In this document: in pieces, positions 9,798 through 18,399 of the stretch
Layout: each line of letters opens with the position of its first letter
Numbering within the stretch: position 1 is the stretch's first letter
NCBI GenBank assembly: GCA_965226495.1
Contig: OZ245365.1
Span: 5,472,001 to 5,536,000, forward strand
Length of the DNA stretch: 64,000 nucleotides
Source of the DNA: Candidatus Marinacidobacterales bacterium
GTDB taxonomy: Bacteria; Acidobacteriota; Vicinamibacteria; Marinacidobacterales; DATDRI01
Direction of reading: 5' to 3'
The notes under the pieces: generated by a model
What the model was told of the DNA's origin: nothing
Databases searched by the model: none
Seen by the model: the letters and a program-made list of their open reading frames with translations, nothing else
Made by a program: the position numbers and the translations under genes

Positions 9798-11012
9798 ATG
9801 GCCAAGCCACGTGGACTCAAGCTGGAAGACATCCGAAACCTCACCGACCCCGCGGAACTCTACGCGAGGTTGCGCCAAGATCCAGTTTCCTGGTCCGAGG
9901 AGTTCGATGGATGGTTTCTGTCCCGATACGATGACGTCAAGACCAGCTCGATCGATGGCCCTCTCAGCAACGAGAGAATCTCACACCTGAAGGACGAGCT
10001 TCCCGGGTTGGAGGACCTTCTGAAGGACTACGCCCGTGTCCTTCGTGGAGCCTTGTTCATGACCGACCCCCCGGCCCATACCCGTCTCAGGAAATTGACG
10101 CGGGGGGGATTCACACACGCTTCTGTAGAACGCTGGCGAACCGTCATACAAGGCATTGTGGACTCTTGCCTCGACAAAGTTCAAAAGGCCGGGCGAATGA
10201 ATATAGTCGCCGATTTTGCGGACCCCATTCCGTCGATTTTGATGGCGGAACTATTCGATATCTCTGCCGAAGACCGGGATGAGTTTTTCAAGTGGTCGAT
10301 CGACCTAGCCGCTTTCTTCGGTTCTCCTTTGGGAGACCTCAAGGAGAAGGCGAGGCTCGCGAACGAAGGAACTCGCAAGCTGGAGGAGTATTTCCTTCAC
10401 TTAATCACCCTTCGCCGGCAGAGGCCGGGCCAAGACCTCGTGAGCTTCTTCATTCAACGGCAAGAGGAGGGAACTCTGAGCGAGGCCGAAGTGAGTGCTC
10501 AATGTGTAGCGTTGCTCGCGGCAGGAACCACGACCACCGCCGACCAACTCAGCAACTGCGTCGAGGCCCTGCTCCGAAATCCGGATCAACTGCCACGATT
10601 GCAACAAGATCCGGGTCTCATCGCGGGAGCGGTCCAAGAAACACTTCGGTACGAGCCCGCCGCTCCCTTTATCTATAAGCTCGCTACGGACGACTTCACC
10701 ATAGCGGATCAGGAAATCAGCAAGGGCCAGCGAGTTTTCTTGGGCTTCGGCCCGGCCAACCGAGATCCAAAAACCTTTACCGACCCCGATCGCTTGGACG
10801 TCGAGCGGTCGAACAGCCGGCAGCATCTCGCCTTCGGATCCGGCCCTCATTGGTGCCTCGGGGCAGACTTGGCCAGCGTCGAAATAGAAATTGCGCTGGG
10901 GACATTGTTGAGGCGCATGCCCAACCTCCAATTCGATGAGACGCGACCCTCGAGACGCCGTTGGGAAAGCTTGACTTTCCGCGGTTTCTCCGCGTTACCC
11001 GTCGTTTTCTGA
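9798..11012 (+). CDS. cytochrome P450
   Basis: DPPAHTRLR, ETLR (ExxR), ANRDP and the heme motif FGSGPHWCLG. Confidence 0.95.
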   Translation: MAKPRGLKLEDIRNLTDPAELYARLRQDPVSWSEEFDGWFLSRYDDVKTSSIDGPLSNERISHLKDELPGLEDLLKDYARVLRGALFMTDPPAHTRLRKLTRGGFTHASVERWRTVIQGIVDSCLDKVQKAGRMNIVADFADPIPSILMAELFDISAEDRDEFFKWSIDLAAFFGSPLGDLKEKARLANEGTRKLEEYFLHLITLRRQRPGQDLVSFFIQRQEEGTLSEAEVSAQCVALLAAGTTTTADQLSNCVEALLRNPDQLPRLQQDPGLIAGAVQETLRYEPAAPFIYKLATDDFTIADQEISKGQRVFLGFGPANRDPKTFTDPDRLDVERSNSRQHLAFGSGPHWCLGADLASVEIEIALGTLLRRMPNLQFDETRPSRRRWESLTFRGFSALPVVF

Positions 11013-11045
11013 GGCGATAGGGCTAAGACTTCAGGAGGTAATTCG

Positions 11046-11843
11046 ATGGCGAAGACCGTAACTCACGATGGCGTGCAGATCGACTATGTGAGCAGAGGAC
11101 AAGGCAAGCCGATCCTGTTCGTTCACGGATGGCTTTGCAGCCAGCGCGCCTGGGATTGTCAGTTCCACGCTCTTCAGGATCGATACCGCTGCGTCGCCCT
11201 CGATCTTCGGGGAATGGGACATTCGGAGAAGGCGGACTGCAAGTACACCTTCGAGGAGTTCGGTTCGGACGTTCGTCATATCATCAAGGAGCTAGGGCTC
11301 AAGGAAGTTACCCTCGTTGGCTGGTCGATGGGCGTCAGCGTCTCGCTGGCGTATATGGAGAACTTCCAAGACGACGGAGACGTGGCACGGGTCGTACTCA
11401 TGAACGGCCCGATCAAACTGATTAACTCGCCGGGTTGGGACTTCGGCATCGAGGAGAACGAGTGCATGGGCTATATCGATGGGTTGGCCAACGAACCCAT
11501 CAACGGTCGAAGGAGTTTTGCCGAGGCAAACCTCTACAAACCGACGGAGGCTGAGATCGACTTTCTCTTCAGTCTTTCGCTACAAACGCCCCTCGACATC
11601 GGGCTCAAGGCCGTTTACAACCAGATGGAGCTCGATCAGCGCTCGGTCTTGAAGTCCTTGAATGTCCCGTGCCTCGCCATGCAAAGCGACCACGATTTCT
11701 ACCCGGTGGCTCTCGGTCGCTATATCTCGGAGACCGTCCCGAAGGGTCACTTGAAGATCTTCGAGGACAGTGGACATTCCGTGCAGTTTCAAGACACCGC
11801 TCGGTTCAACGAGGCTCTTATCGAGTTCATTGAGTCCACGTAA
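11046..11843 (+). CDS. alpha/beta hydrolase (non-heme haloperoxidase/perhydrolase-like)
   Basis: FVHGW, DLRGMGHS, GWSMG nucleophile elbow and a C-terminal GH; AGGAGG RBS. Confidence 0.9.
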   Translation: MAKTVTHDGVQIDYVSRGQGKPILFVHGWLCSQRAWDCQFHALQDRYRCVALDLRGMGHSEKADCKYTFEEFGSDVRHIIKELGLKEVTLVGWSMGVSVSLAYMENFQDDGDVARVVLMNGPIKLINSPGWDFGIEENECMGYIDGLANEPINGRRSFAEANLYKPTEAEIDFLFSLSLQTPLDIGLKAVYNQMELDQRSVLKSLNVPCLAMQSDHDFYPVALGRYISETVPKGHLKIFEDSGHSVQFQDTARFNEALIEFIEST

Positions 11844-11868
11844 TTTTCTGAGAAAGGAGAGTCTAAAA

Positions 11869-12186
11869 ATGATCAGAGTATCGGTCCTCTATCCCAACGA
11901 GCCCGGTGCGCGGTTCGAGCATCAGTACTACGCGACGACACACGTCCAATTGATTAACGAGACGCTCGGGACGGCGGGGTTGGTTCGCGTGGAGATCGAT
12001 CGCGGCCTTGCTGGCGCGTCGGAGGAAACGCCGGCGCCGTATACCGCCGTCGGACACCTAGTGTTCGACTCGGTCGAGGCCTTCGGCGCGGCCATGGCCA
12101 CTCACGGGGACGCGTTGGCCGCCGATATGAAGAATTACACTGACCTCGAACCGTCGGTTCAGATAAGCGAGATCCTTCACGGCTAA
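11869..12186 (+). CDS. EthD family protein
   Basis: MIRVSVLYP..F..QYYATTH...ADMKNYTD.P.VQISE; AGGAG RBS before ATG 11869. Confidence 0.85.
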   Translation: MIRVSVLYPNEPGARFEHQYYATTHVQLINETLGTAGLVRVEIDRGLAGASEETPAPYTAVGHLVFDSVEAFGAAMATHGDALAADMKNYTDLEPSVQISEILHG

Positions 12187-12197
12187 GGGACGAGAAG

Positions 12198-13625
12198 TCA
12201 CCTCCAACTCAGGGTGTCGTAGCGCTCACCGGCTTTCATGACCAAGTGGATCTTGTCCCAAGCCCAGCGTTCTTCGAGCGGGTTGGCCTGGAGCGAGATC
12301 ATGTCCGCTAGCTTGCCTGGTTCCAATGTTCCCAGCTCGTCTCCTAAACCGATGTTTTGAGCACCGACCGCTGTACCGGCCCGGATCGCATCCATCGGTG
12401 TGAAACCACCCTCGATCAAAAATTCGATCGCGTTTCCGATGCCACCGACGTAGAGCGGATCCATCCCGAGACTAATGGGAATGCCGGCCTTGAAGGCTGC
12501 CAGGACTTGGCTCTGTTGTGTCCGGATAGAAGGGGAGAAGTCGCGTCCCCGGCGGTTCTCGTCGAAGTCATCATAGGGTCGATCTTCTGTCTCTACTTCC
12601 GGGTGTGCCTTGCGGTGCTCGAAGTATTGTTTCTTTTCGTAGTCGATCCAATCTCCCGGTCCGCGCGCACCGGTGTCCATGAACTCCCAGGTGGACTCAT
12701 CCGGTCGAAAGCCTACGTAAACGAGCGGTGTAAAGCAGACGGCGGTCCCGTGCTCGACCATCATGTCGATGATCTCCGGGGTCATGGGGCGGGCATGCTC
12801 GATGGTGTCGACACCGGCTTTGATGGCGGTCTTCATCGAACGGCCCCAAGTACCCGTCGCATGGGCCGCTACTTTCATGCCAAGACGGTGCGCCTCTTCG
12901 ACGATCGCCACCATCTCGGCAAGGGTCACCGAGGATTCTTCGGGAGATTGGCCGTACAAGCTGACCTTGATCCACTCCGCCTCATGATCGAAGTTTTCGC
13001 GGATTTTTTGCGTCGAGTTCCAGTTGGGGAGGGGCACCAAGTGAAGGCCACTCGGATCGTCCACCCACCTCCCAGAAGTGGTCGGGCTCGTTGACCCCAA
13101 TAGCCCGACGCCGCTGATCAGCAATCGGGGGCCGGGGATGAGTCCTTTTCGGATCCCGGCGCGCAGGTGTTGGTCGTTGTGATGGGCCTCTCCCGTCACT
13201 CTCAGGGTCGTGACACCGCTGAGAAGAGAAACGCGCGCGTGCCGTACCATGCGGATGGTTTGGATCGCATCGTGCTGCATCATCTGTTCCATCATTCCGG
13301 GATTTCCGAGCTTGGGCGTGCCGGAATCCAGGGCAATTCCATAGCGAATGCTCAGATGGTTGTGCCCGTCGATGAGTCCAGGGAGGAGCGTTTCGCCAGG
13401 AAGGTCGATCACCTGCGCGTCATCAGGTATCCGAACGGAAGCTTGGGATCCAACCGCTTCGATCCGATCGCCACGAACGACGACCACGCCGTCGCTGATG
13501 GGAGGAGCGCCAGTGCCATCGATGATACGGCTCGCCCTGATGGCGATAGGAGATTGCTGCGCTCCCGTTGCGGCGGCCGAGAACACGAACAAGACGAGAC
13601 TCGAGAAACCGATTCCAACTCTCAT
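12198..13625 (-). CDS. exported metal-dependent amidohydrolase
   Basis: Signal peptide from ATG 13625; TLLPGLIDGHNH, GVTTLR, AAHA, IEHA and GTLEPGKLADM motifs. Confidence 0.88.
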   Translation of the reverse strand: MRVGIGFSSLVLFVFSAAATGAQQSPIAIRASRIIDGTGAPPISDGVVVVRGDRIEAVGSQASVRIPDDAQVIDLPGETLLPGLIDGHNHLSIRYGIALDSGTPKLGNPGMMEQMMQHDAIQTIRMVRHARVSLLSGVTTLRVTGEAHHNDQHLRAGIRKGLIPGPRLLISGVGLLGSTSPTTSGRWVDDPSGLHLVPLPNWNSTQKIRENFDHEAEWIKVSLYGQSPEESSVTLAEMVAIVEEAHRLGMKVAAHATGTWGRSMKTAIKAGVDTIEHARPMTPEIIDMMVEHGTAVCFTPLVYVGFRPDESTWEFMDTGARGPGDWIDYEKKQYFEHRKAHPEVETEDRPYDDFDENRRGRDFSPSIRTQQSQVLAAFKAGIPISLGMDPLYVGGIGNAIEFLIEGGFTPMDAIRAGTAVGAQNIGLGDELGTLEPGKLADMISLQANPLEERWAWDKIHLVMKAGERYDTLSWR

Positions 13626-13684
13626 GATTCCACTCCTAGGGCAGGTCCGAACCCGCCAAGTTCCAGCGAAGTGGATCATAAACC

Positions 13685-13710
13685 AAAAAAGGCCCGGATG
13701 CGCCGGGCCC
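13685..13710 (-). terminator. intrinsic terminator after the nucleotidyltransferase gene
   Basis: Minus strand GGCCCGG-CGCAT-CCGGGCC followed by TTTTTT. Confidence 0.8.
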
Positions 13711-13732
13711 TTCCGTCTTGGACTTTCCGGAT

Positions 13733-14944
13733 CTAGGCTTGCGTGTAACCCAAACGACTCCACGACAACTTCGCCAGTGTCTTCGCACATTCCACGGAAA
13801 GGAGCGCCCATCGATAGGGATAGCAGAGTGGCCACAGCCACTTTCTACGGAGACTGTAGCGCCAGCACAGATACTCCGGGGTTGGCCAGAGGACGGAACG
13901 AGCAAGTTTCAGCCGACGGGGCCAATCGAGCGAACGCATGCGGTGCCAGATCATAGTGCCGCGCGTTTGAACGGATTGCGCTCTGTTTTCTACTGCCGCC
14001 CGCGTCTTGGGGATGCCATCTGCAGACAATGCATCGAGAAAGCCTTCCGGCAAAGGTGTATCGAAAATGTCTTGCGCGCGCAGTAGCGCTCTTCGCAGCG
14101 CCGGAGACCAGCCATACTCACGAGCTCGCACTCTCAATTGATCCCAGTCGAGCTCGTGCTCGCACTTTCTTACCAATAGATGGATGTCATGGACCCAAAG
14201 GAGTCGCCCTTTCGCGCCTCCGTGTTGAAGCATGAGGTGGGCGGCTAGATAGAGAAGATGCGCGGTCGGCCGGAACTGAAGCGCGGAGAGTGGCGGAGAC
14301 TGCCTTCGTTCGTCTTCCAGTTTCCAGGCTTGCGTCTGCCCCCAGAACCAGTCGAGACTCGGCGATCGCCAGTCGCCTTCGCCCCCGATAAGGCGCCAGT
14401 GCAGCTCGACAATGACATAGCCCCGTGGACCACCCTTCAGTGCGACCTCAAAGTGCGTCTCGCGGCAGAGCCCCGGCGTCATCTCTGGAGAGAGATCTCC
14501 GTACCCCAAAAATCGCAGAGCTTCGACCGCCGACTCCAGGTGCTCGCGGGAGAGGAGTATGTCGACATCGGTCATCGGTCTTAGAGCGATCTCGGAATAG
14601 ATGGTTGTGGCAAGAGCCGCGCCCTTTAGAAGGATCAAAGGCGCTCGAGGCACCGCCACTTGCAAAGCGGTAAGAACGCGAGCGAGCTCCCGGTAAATGA
14701 GAAGATTGGATCCACCGGCCTTGAGATACTCTTTCCGAAGCGCCTGGCGTTCCCGCCCTGGTATCGCAAGCGGCCATCCCGTCGATTCCTGGGCGTGGTA
14801 AAGCAGAGGTGCCAGACCTTCGCGCTTGGCGATCTCGGCCCATGCGATCCAATCGGCTTCAGAGAAAGCTGAACAGGAACCGCCGTCCCTTCCGGTGAGC
14901 GCGAGCCCCATGGAGCGCAGGTAAGGCTCGATGTCGGATTTCAT
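13733..14944 (-). CDS. nucleotidyltransferase family protein (NTP_transf_5-like)
   Basis: LLKGAALA..Y....LRPMTDVDIL, VELHWRL and HLLYLAAHLMLQH motifs. Confidence 0.85.
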   Translation of the reverse strand: MKSDIEPYLRSMGLALTGRDGGSCSAFSEADWIAWAEIAKREGLAPLLYHAQESTGWPLAIPGRERQALRKEYLKAGGSNLLIYRELARVLTALQVAVPRAPLILLKGAALATTIYSEIALRPMTDVDILLSREHLESAVEALRFLGYGDLSPEMTPGLCRETHFEVALKGGPRGYVIVELHWRLIGGEGDWRSPSLDWFWGQTQAWKLEDERRQSPPLSALQFRPTAHLLYLAAHLMLQHGGAKGRLLWVHDIHLLVRKCEHELDWDQLRVRAREYGWSPALRRALLRAQDIFDTPLPEGFLDALSADGIPKTRAAVENRAQSVQTRGTMIWHRMRSLDWPRRLKLARSVLWPTPEYLCWRYSLRRKWLWPLCYPYRWALLSVECAKTLAKLSWSRLGYTQA

Positions 14945-14970
14945 TCTGGGGAATGTGAGGGGAACCGCTC

Positions 14971-17292
14971 CTAACCCTCTCCGGCGGTCAACGTGCGGAC
15001 CGGTTCATCGGCGATCTCTCGCGGCTCGCTGCCGTAGTTGTAGGTGTGGTAACCGTAGTAGTAGTTCTGAGCGTAGTCGTCTAGATCGACGGCGTTGAGC
15101 ACGACGCCTCTCACCTTACCTCCTACCCGCTCGATGGCATCCAAACTGGCCTTCACGTCTCGGTAGGAAGTTTGTCCGCTCCGCACCACCAGCAAGGAAG
15201 CATCACATCGAGTCGTCAACATATGAGAGTCGAACACCGGCAACAGAGGTGCGGAGTCCAGGAGGACAAAGTCGAAATCTCGCGAACAACGCTCGAGGAC
15301 TCCCTGCATTTCCGTCGAGGCCAGAAGCTCGGAGGGTGTAGGGCTGGCGGGTCCAGCCGGGAGCAAGGAAAGGTTCGGGATCGCAGTGCTCACGATGCCA
15401 GTGTGCTCTCCGTTGCTCTGTCCAGTGAGCATACTCGATAGTCCCATGTCGTTATCCACTCTAAACACGCGATGAACCTGAGGGTTGCGCAGATCAGCGT
15501 CTATGATGAGAACCTTTTTGTTCAACTCCGTCAGAGAGGAGGCGAGATTGCAGGCGACGAAGGTCTTGCCCGCATTCTTGTCCGGTCCGGTAACCAGTAT
15601 GACTTTCGGAGGACCACCGGGGTTGGACATCAGAAGCGAGCCTCGGATGAACTTGAATCGCTCCGCAATGACCGATCCCGCTTGCACGTAGCTGGAATGG
15701 TGTTCAGCGCTCCCCGCCGGAACCAGTGAAGACCGAGTTACCGTCCAGTCCTTTCGCGAGCCGTTCCGGTGCGTCTTTCCCCAAAAGGGAGTGAGCGTTC
15801 TTGGCTGTTGGTGGGACTCTTCATTCAACGCGAGCGGCGCGGGTTCCGGATCGTGCCGCGGAACCATTCCGAGATAGGGCAGCGGCACACGCCGTCTCAG
15901 ATCGTCCACGGTGTGAATCGAGTTGTCCCAATACTCCAAGAAGAACGCGACGCCGATAGCTATAAAAAGCCCCAGCCCGAGTCCCCATGTCGCGCTCTTT
16001 TGCAATGTGAAACCGGACGGCCCCTTCGGGACCAAGGCCCGTTCCACCATCCGTACATTCAAGGCCAGCCCTTCGCCAAGCTCGGCGTTCACGCCCGTCT
16101 CGAAGTGCCTGCGGAGAAGCTGTTGCAACATGGCCTTCTTGTTCTCGAGCTCTACGTTGATGCGATCGTAGTCCGCCGTGAGTTGGTTCAGCTGTTGCGC
16201 TTCTCGCTTCTGTTCCTCGAGCGCCTGCTGCAAGAGCTGCTCACCCTCGAGAACTGACAGGTATTCGGTTCTAGCCGCTTCAACGACGTTCTCCGCCATC
16301 TCCTCGGTTTCTCGCTCGAGTCGCAGCTCTACCTTTTCCAACGTCTCCCGCGCCCGTTGCAACTCAGGCCAATCGGCAGCGAACTTGGAAGACAGTTCCT
16401 CAACCTGATTGTGGAGCGAAGCCCGCTGCTTCTTGAGGTGTTGAATGTTGAGGTTGTTGCTCACTTCCCTGAGAGAGTTCGGGCCGGCAGCTCCCATGTT
16501 GTGATAGCGGGCCTCTAATGCGGTGCGTTGACCCCGCACGTTACTCAGCTGCTGATTCAAGTCTTTGAGTTGTTGAATAACAATGCTTTCCTCCTGATCC
16601 ACGAACACCAGGTCTTCACGACGCCGGTACTCTTGGAGATAACTCTCCTTTTCCTGGATCTCTCGATGAAGCTTGTCAATTTGCTCGCCAAAGAAGGAAG
16701 TCGTGTCCCGCGCGGAATCCGTCTCTTTCTTTGTGCTAAAGACGATGTATTGAGCAACGAGAGAATTCGCCAATTGCGCTGACAGTTGAGGATTGGGAGT
16801 GGTAAAGCTCAGCTGCATGAGCTGGCTGTTTCGAACGTGTGACACGTTCAGCATCGACAAGACGGCTCCTGCCAAAGCTTCGCGCTGCTCGGCCGTTGGT
16901 TCGGAGCGGTCGTCATCGCTTTCGAGCCGGATGTGCTCCCAAAGCTCGACATCGTCGACGACTCGTTCGGCCAACGTGAAGCTTCCCAAGACCCTCTTCT
17001 GAGTGGGATAGAATTCTTGTGATCCGAACCAAGATTCCGGAGAAACGTTCCCTTTGACGACGTTCATTCGCCCCCGATTGATTTGAAGCAGCGCGCTCGC
17101 CGTATAGACAGGTGTTCTCAGCAACGCATGGGCCACGGTTAGAGCGAGGACGCCGATCGTCACCGCGGCGATCACCCAGCGTCGTTTCAGGATGAGGAAC
17201 CAGTAATCCCGAAGATGCACCTCGGGCTCCGGCGGGTAAGGCTCCGTCCGTTCCCGCGCCTCGTCGGTTGGGATCAACTCTGCGAAGGGCAT
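14971..17292 (-). CDS. wzc: polysaccharide co-polymerase / tyrosine autokinase (Wzc/GumC-like)
   Basis: Two TM segments flanking a coiled-coil region; Walker A GPDKNAGKT, IDADLRNP, Walker B LLDSAP and a C-terminal Tyr cluster YAQNYYYGYHTYNY. Confidence 0.92.
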   Translation of the reverse strand: MPFAELIPTDEARERTEPYPPEPEVHLRDYWFLILKRRWVIAAVTIGVLALTVAHALLRTPVYTASALLQINRGRMNVVKGNVSPESWFGSQEFYPTQKRVLGSFTLAERVVDDVELWEHIRLESDDDRSEPTAEQREALAGAVLSMLNVSHVRNSQLMQLSFTTPNPQLSAQLANSLVAQYIVFSTKKETDSARDTTSFFGEQIDKLHREIQEKESYLQEYRRREDLVFVDQEESIVIQQLKDLNQQLSNVRGQRTALEARYHNMGAAGPNSLREVSNNLNIQHLKKQRASLHNQVEELSSKFAADWPELQRARETLEKVELRLERETEEMAENVVEAARTEYLSVLEGEQLLQQALEEQKREAQQLNQLTADYDRINVELENKKAMLQQLLRRHFETGVNAELGEGLALNVRMVERALVPKGPSGFTLQKSATWGLGLGLFIAIGVAFFLEYWDNSIHTVDDLRRRVPLPYLGMVPRHDPEPAPLALNEESHQQPRTLTPFWGKTHRNGSRKDWTVTRSSLVPAGSAEHHSSYVQAGSVIAERFKFIRGSLLMSNPGGPPKVILVTGPDKNAGKTFVACNLASSLTELNKKVLIIDADLRNPQVHRVFRVDNDMGLSSMLTGQSNGEHTGIVSTAIPNLSLLPAGPASPTPSELLASTEMQGVLERCSRDFDFVLLDSAPLLPVFDSHMLTTRCDASLLVVRSGQTSYRDVKASLDAIERVGGKVRGVVLNAVDLDDYAQNYYYGYHTYNYGSEPREIADEPVRTLTAGEG

Positions 17293-17356
17293 ACTTTGCC
17301 GCTCAATTTCACAGTCGTTTCACGACTTTTGAAGCTGGATTTTTGTGCTTGTAACG

Positions 17357-17442
17357 ATTCTATCCTCGCGTTCCATGTAAAGTCAAGACGCATCACCAAT
17401 TTACGATGCGAGTTGACTTTTTGTTGCGACGGGCTTTAGACT
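17357..17442. promoter_or_regulatory. candidate back-to-back divergent sigma70 promoters (wzc and the plus-strand block)
   Basis: Minus strand TTGACT-18-TAGAAT (17386-17357); plus strand TTGACT-18-TAGACT (17413-17442); both in an AT-rich gap. Confidence 0.45.
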
Positions 17443-17549
17443 GGTAAGTAGATCAAGCCAAACAATCGAACGGCGCTTTTTACGTCGCTGGGGAGACCCG
17501 AGCGCTAGTGCTCAACCCTACCGCGATTGCGGTGAGCGGAGTGCAACAC

Positions 17550-18272
17550 ATGACCTCGAAAATCGCGTGGCTCACGGCCGGCTTCTCATTGGCTTTCGCC
17601 TTGTCTCTCTTCCTTTCTCCACCGACTGCCTTTGCACAAGCCGACAACTTGGGTTTCGTGCTCGGCCGTGTCTTCGAAATAGACAAGAAGAAGTACGAGG
17701 AGAAGGAAGCGAAGGACGATAAGGATGACGGCAAAGATGAGGATGCCGAGCCCCCTAAGGCGAAGGACAAAGCTCGAAACGACAAGACGCTGTACTCGTC
17801 GCTCCCGGAGTACCTGGAGCCGTTAAGCGACGTGGAGGTGATGGCCCGGCTCCTCGAGAACAACGAGGAGTTTCTGAGCGAGCCAACGGGCGGCGATGGC
17901 GACTACGTGATCTCGAAAATGTCACCCGGTGTTTTAGAATTCACGCTCCGTCATGAAGACAAGGATTACCCAGTAGAGCAGCGCCTCGGCGCTCAGGTCA
18001 ACCTGGCTTTCGTGGCCGAGCTCTGCTTCGTAGTGGACAAGGAAGAAGAGGTGGCTTGGATGGTCGCGGCCGGTCCGAGGCGATCCCCCGACGTACCCAA
18101 CTGGGTTCCGGAGGTTTGCCAATCACCACTCGGCGCCTGCCTGGGAATGGTTACCGGCAACGACGATTTTAGGGAAGGCCTGGTCCTGATCTTTGCCGGT
18201 GCCGGTGCGGCGGCCACGGCCGTCGGGATCGCGGCCACCCGCGAGAGTGCCGCAAGCCCCGTGGAGCAATAA
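17550..18272 (+). CDS. exported hypothetical protein with a C-terminal hydrophobic tail
   Basis: Signal peptide ending AFA-Q, a K/D/E-rich insert, and the C-terminus GLVLIFAGAGAAATAVGIAATRESAASPVEQ. Confidence 0.7.
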   Translation: MTSKIAWLTAGFSLAFALSLFLSPPTAFAQADNLGFVLGRVFEIDKKKYEEKEAKDDKDDGKDEDAEPPKAKDKARNDKTLYSSLPEYLEPLSDVEVMARLLENNEEFLSEPTGGDGDYVISKMSPGVLEFTLRHEDKDYPVEQRLGAQVNLAFVAELCFVVDKEEEVAWMVAAGPRRSPDVPNWVPEVCQSPLGACLGMVTGNDDFREGLVLIFAGAGAAATAVGIAATRESAASPVEQ

Positions 18273-18287
18273 AACCCGCCGTTCAAG

Positions 18288-18313
18288 GGCAGCATGGCGT
18301 TCGCCATGCTGCC
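18288..18313. repeat. perfect inverted repeat (hairpin) between the hypothetical gene and the giant gene
   Basis: GGCAGCATGGC-GTTC-GCCATGCTGCC; no U-tract. Confidence 0.6.
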
Positions 18314-18399
18314 TCACAAGTGTTACAATAATTAGACATCCTAACAATCTACAGCGTTGAGCTTCCCGTTCGGCGGCAGAAATCGCGCCTCCCATCCCG

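Noticed and set aside
13626-13841. N-terminal extension of the amidohydrolase ORF
   Set aside because: Crosses a terminator and overlaps the nucleotidyltransferase gene; the signal peptide starts at 13625.
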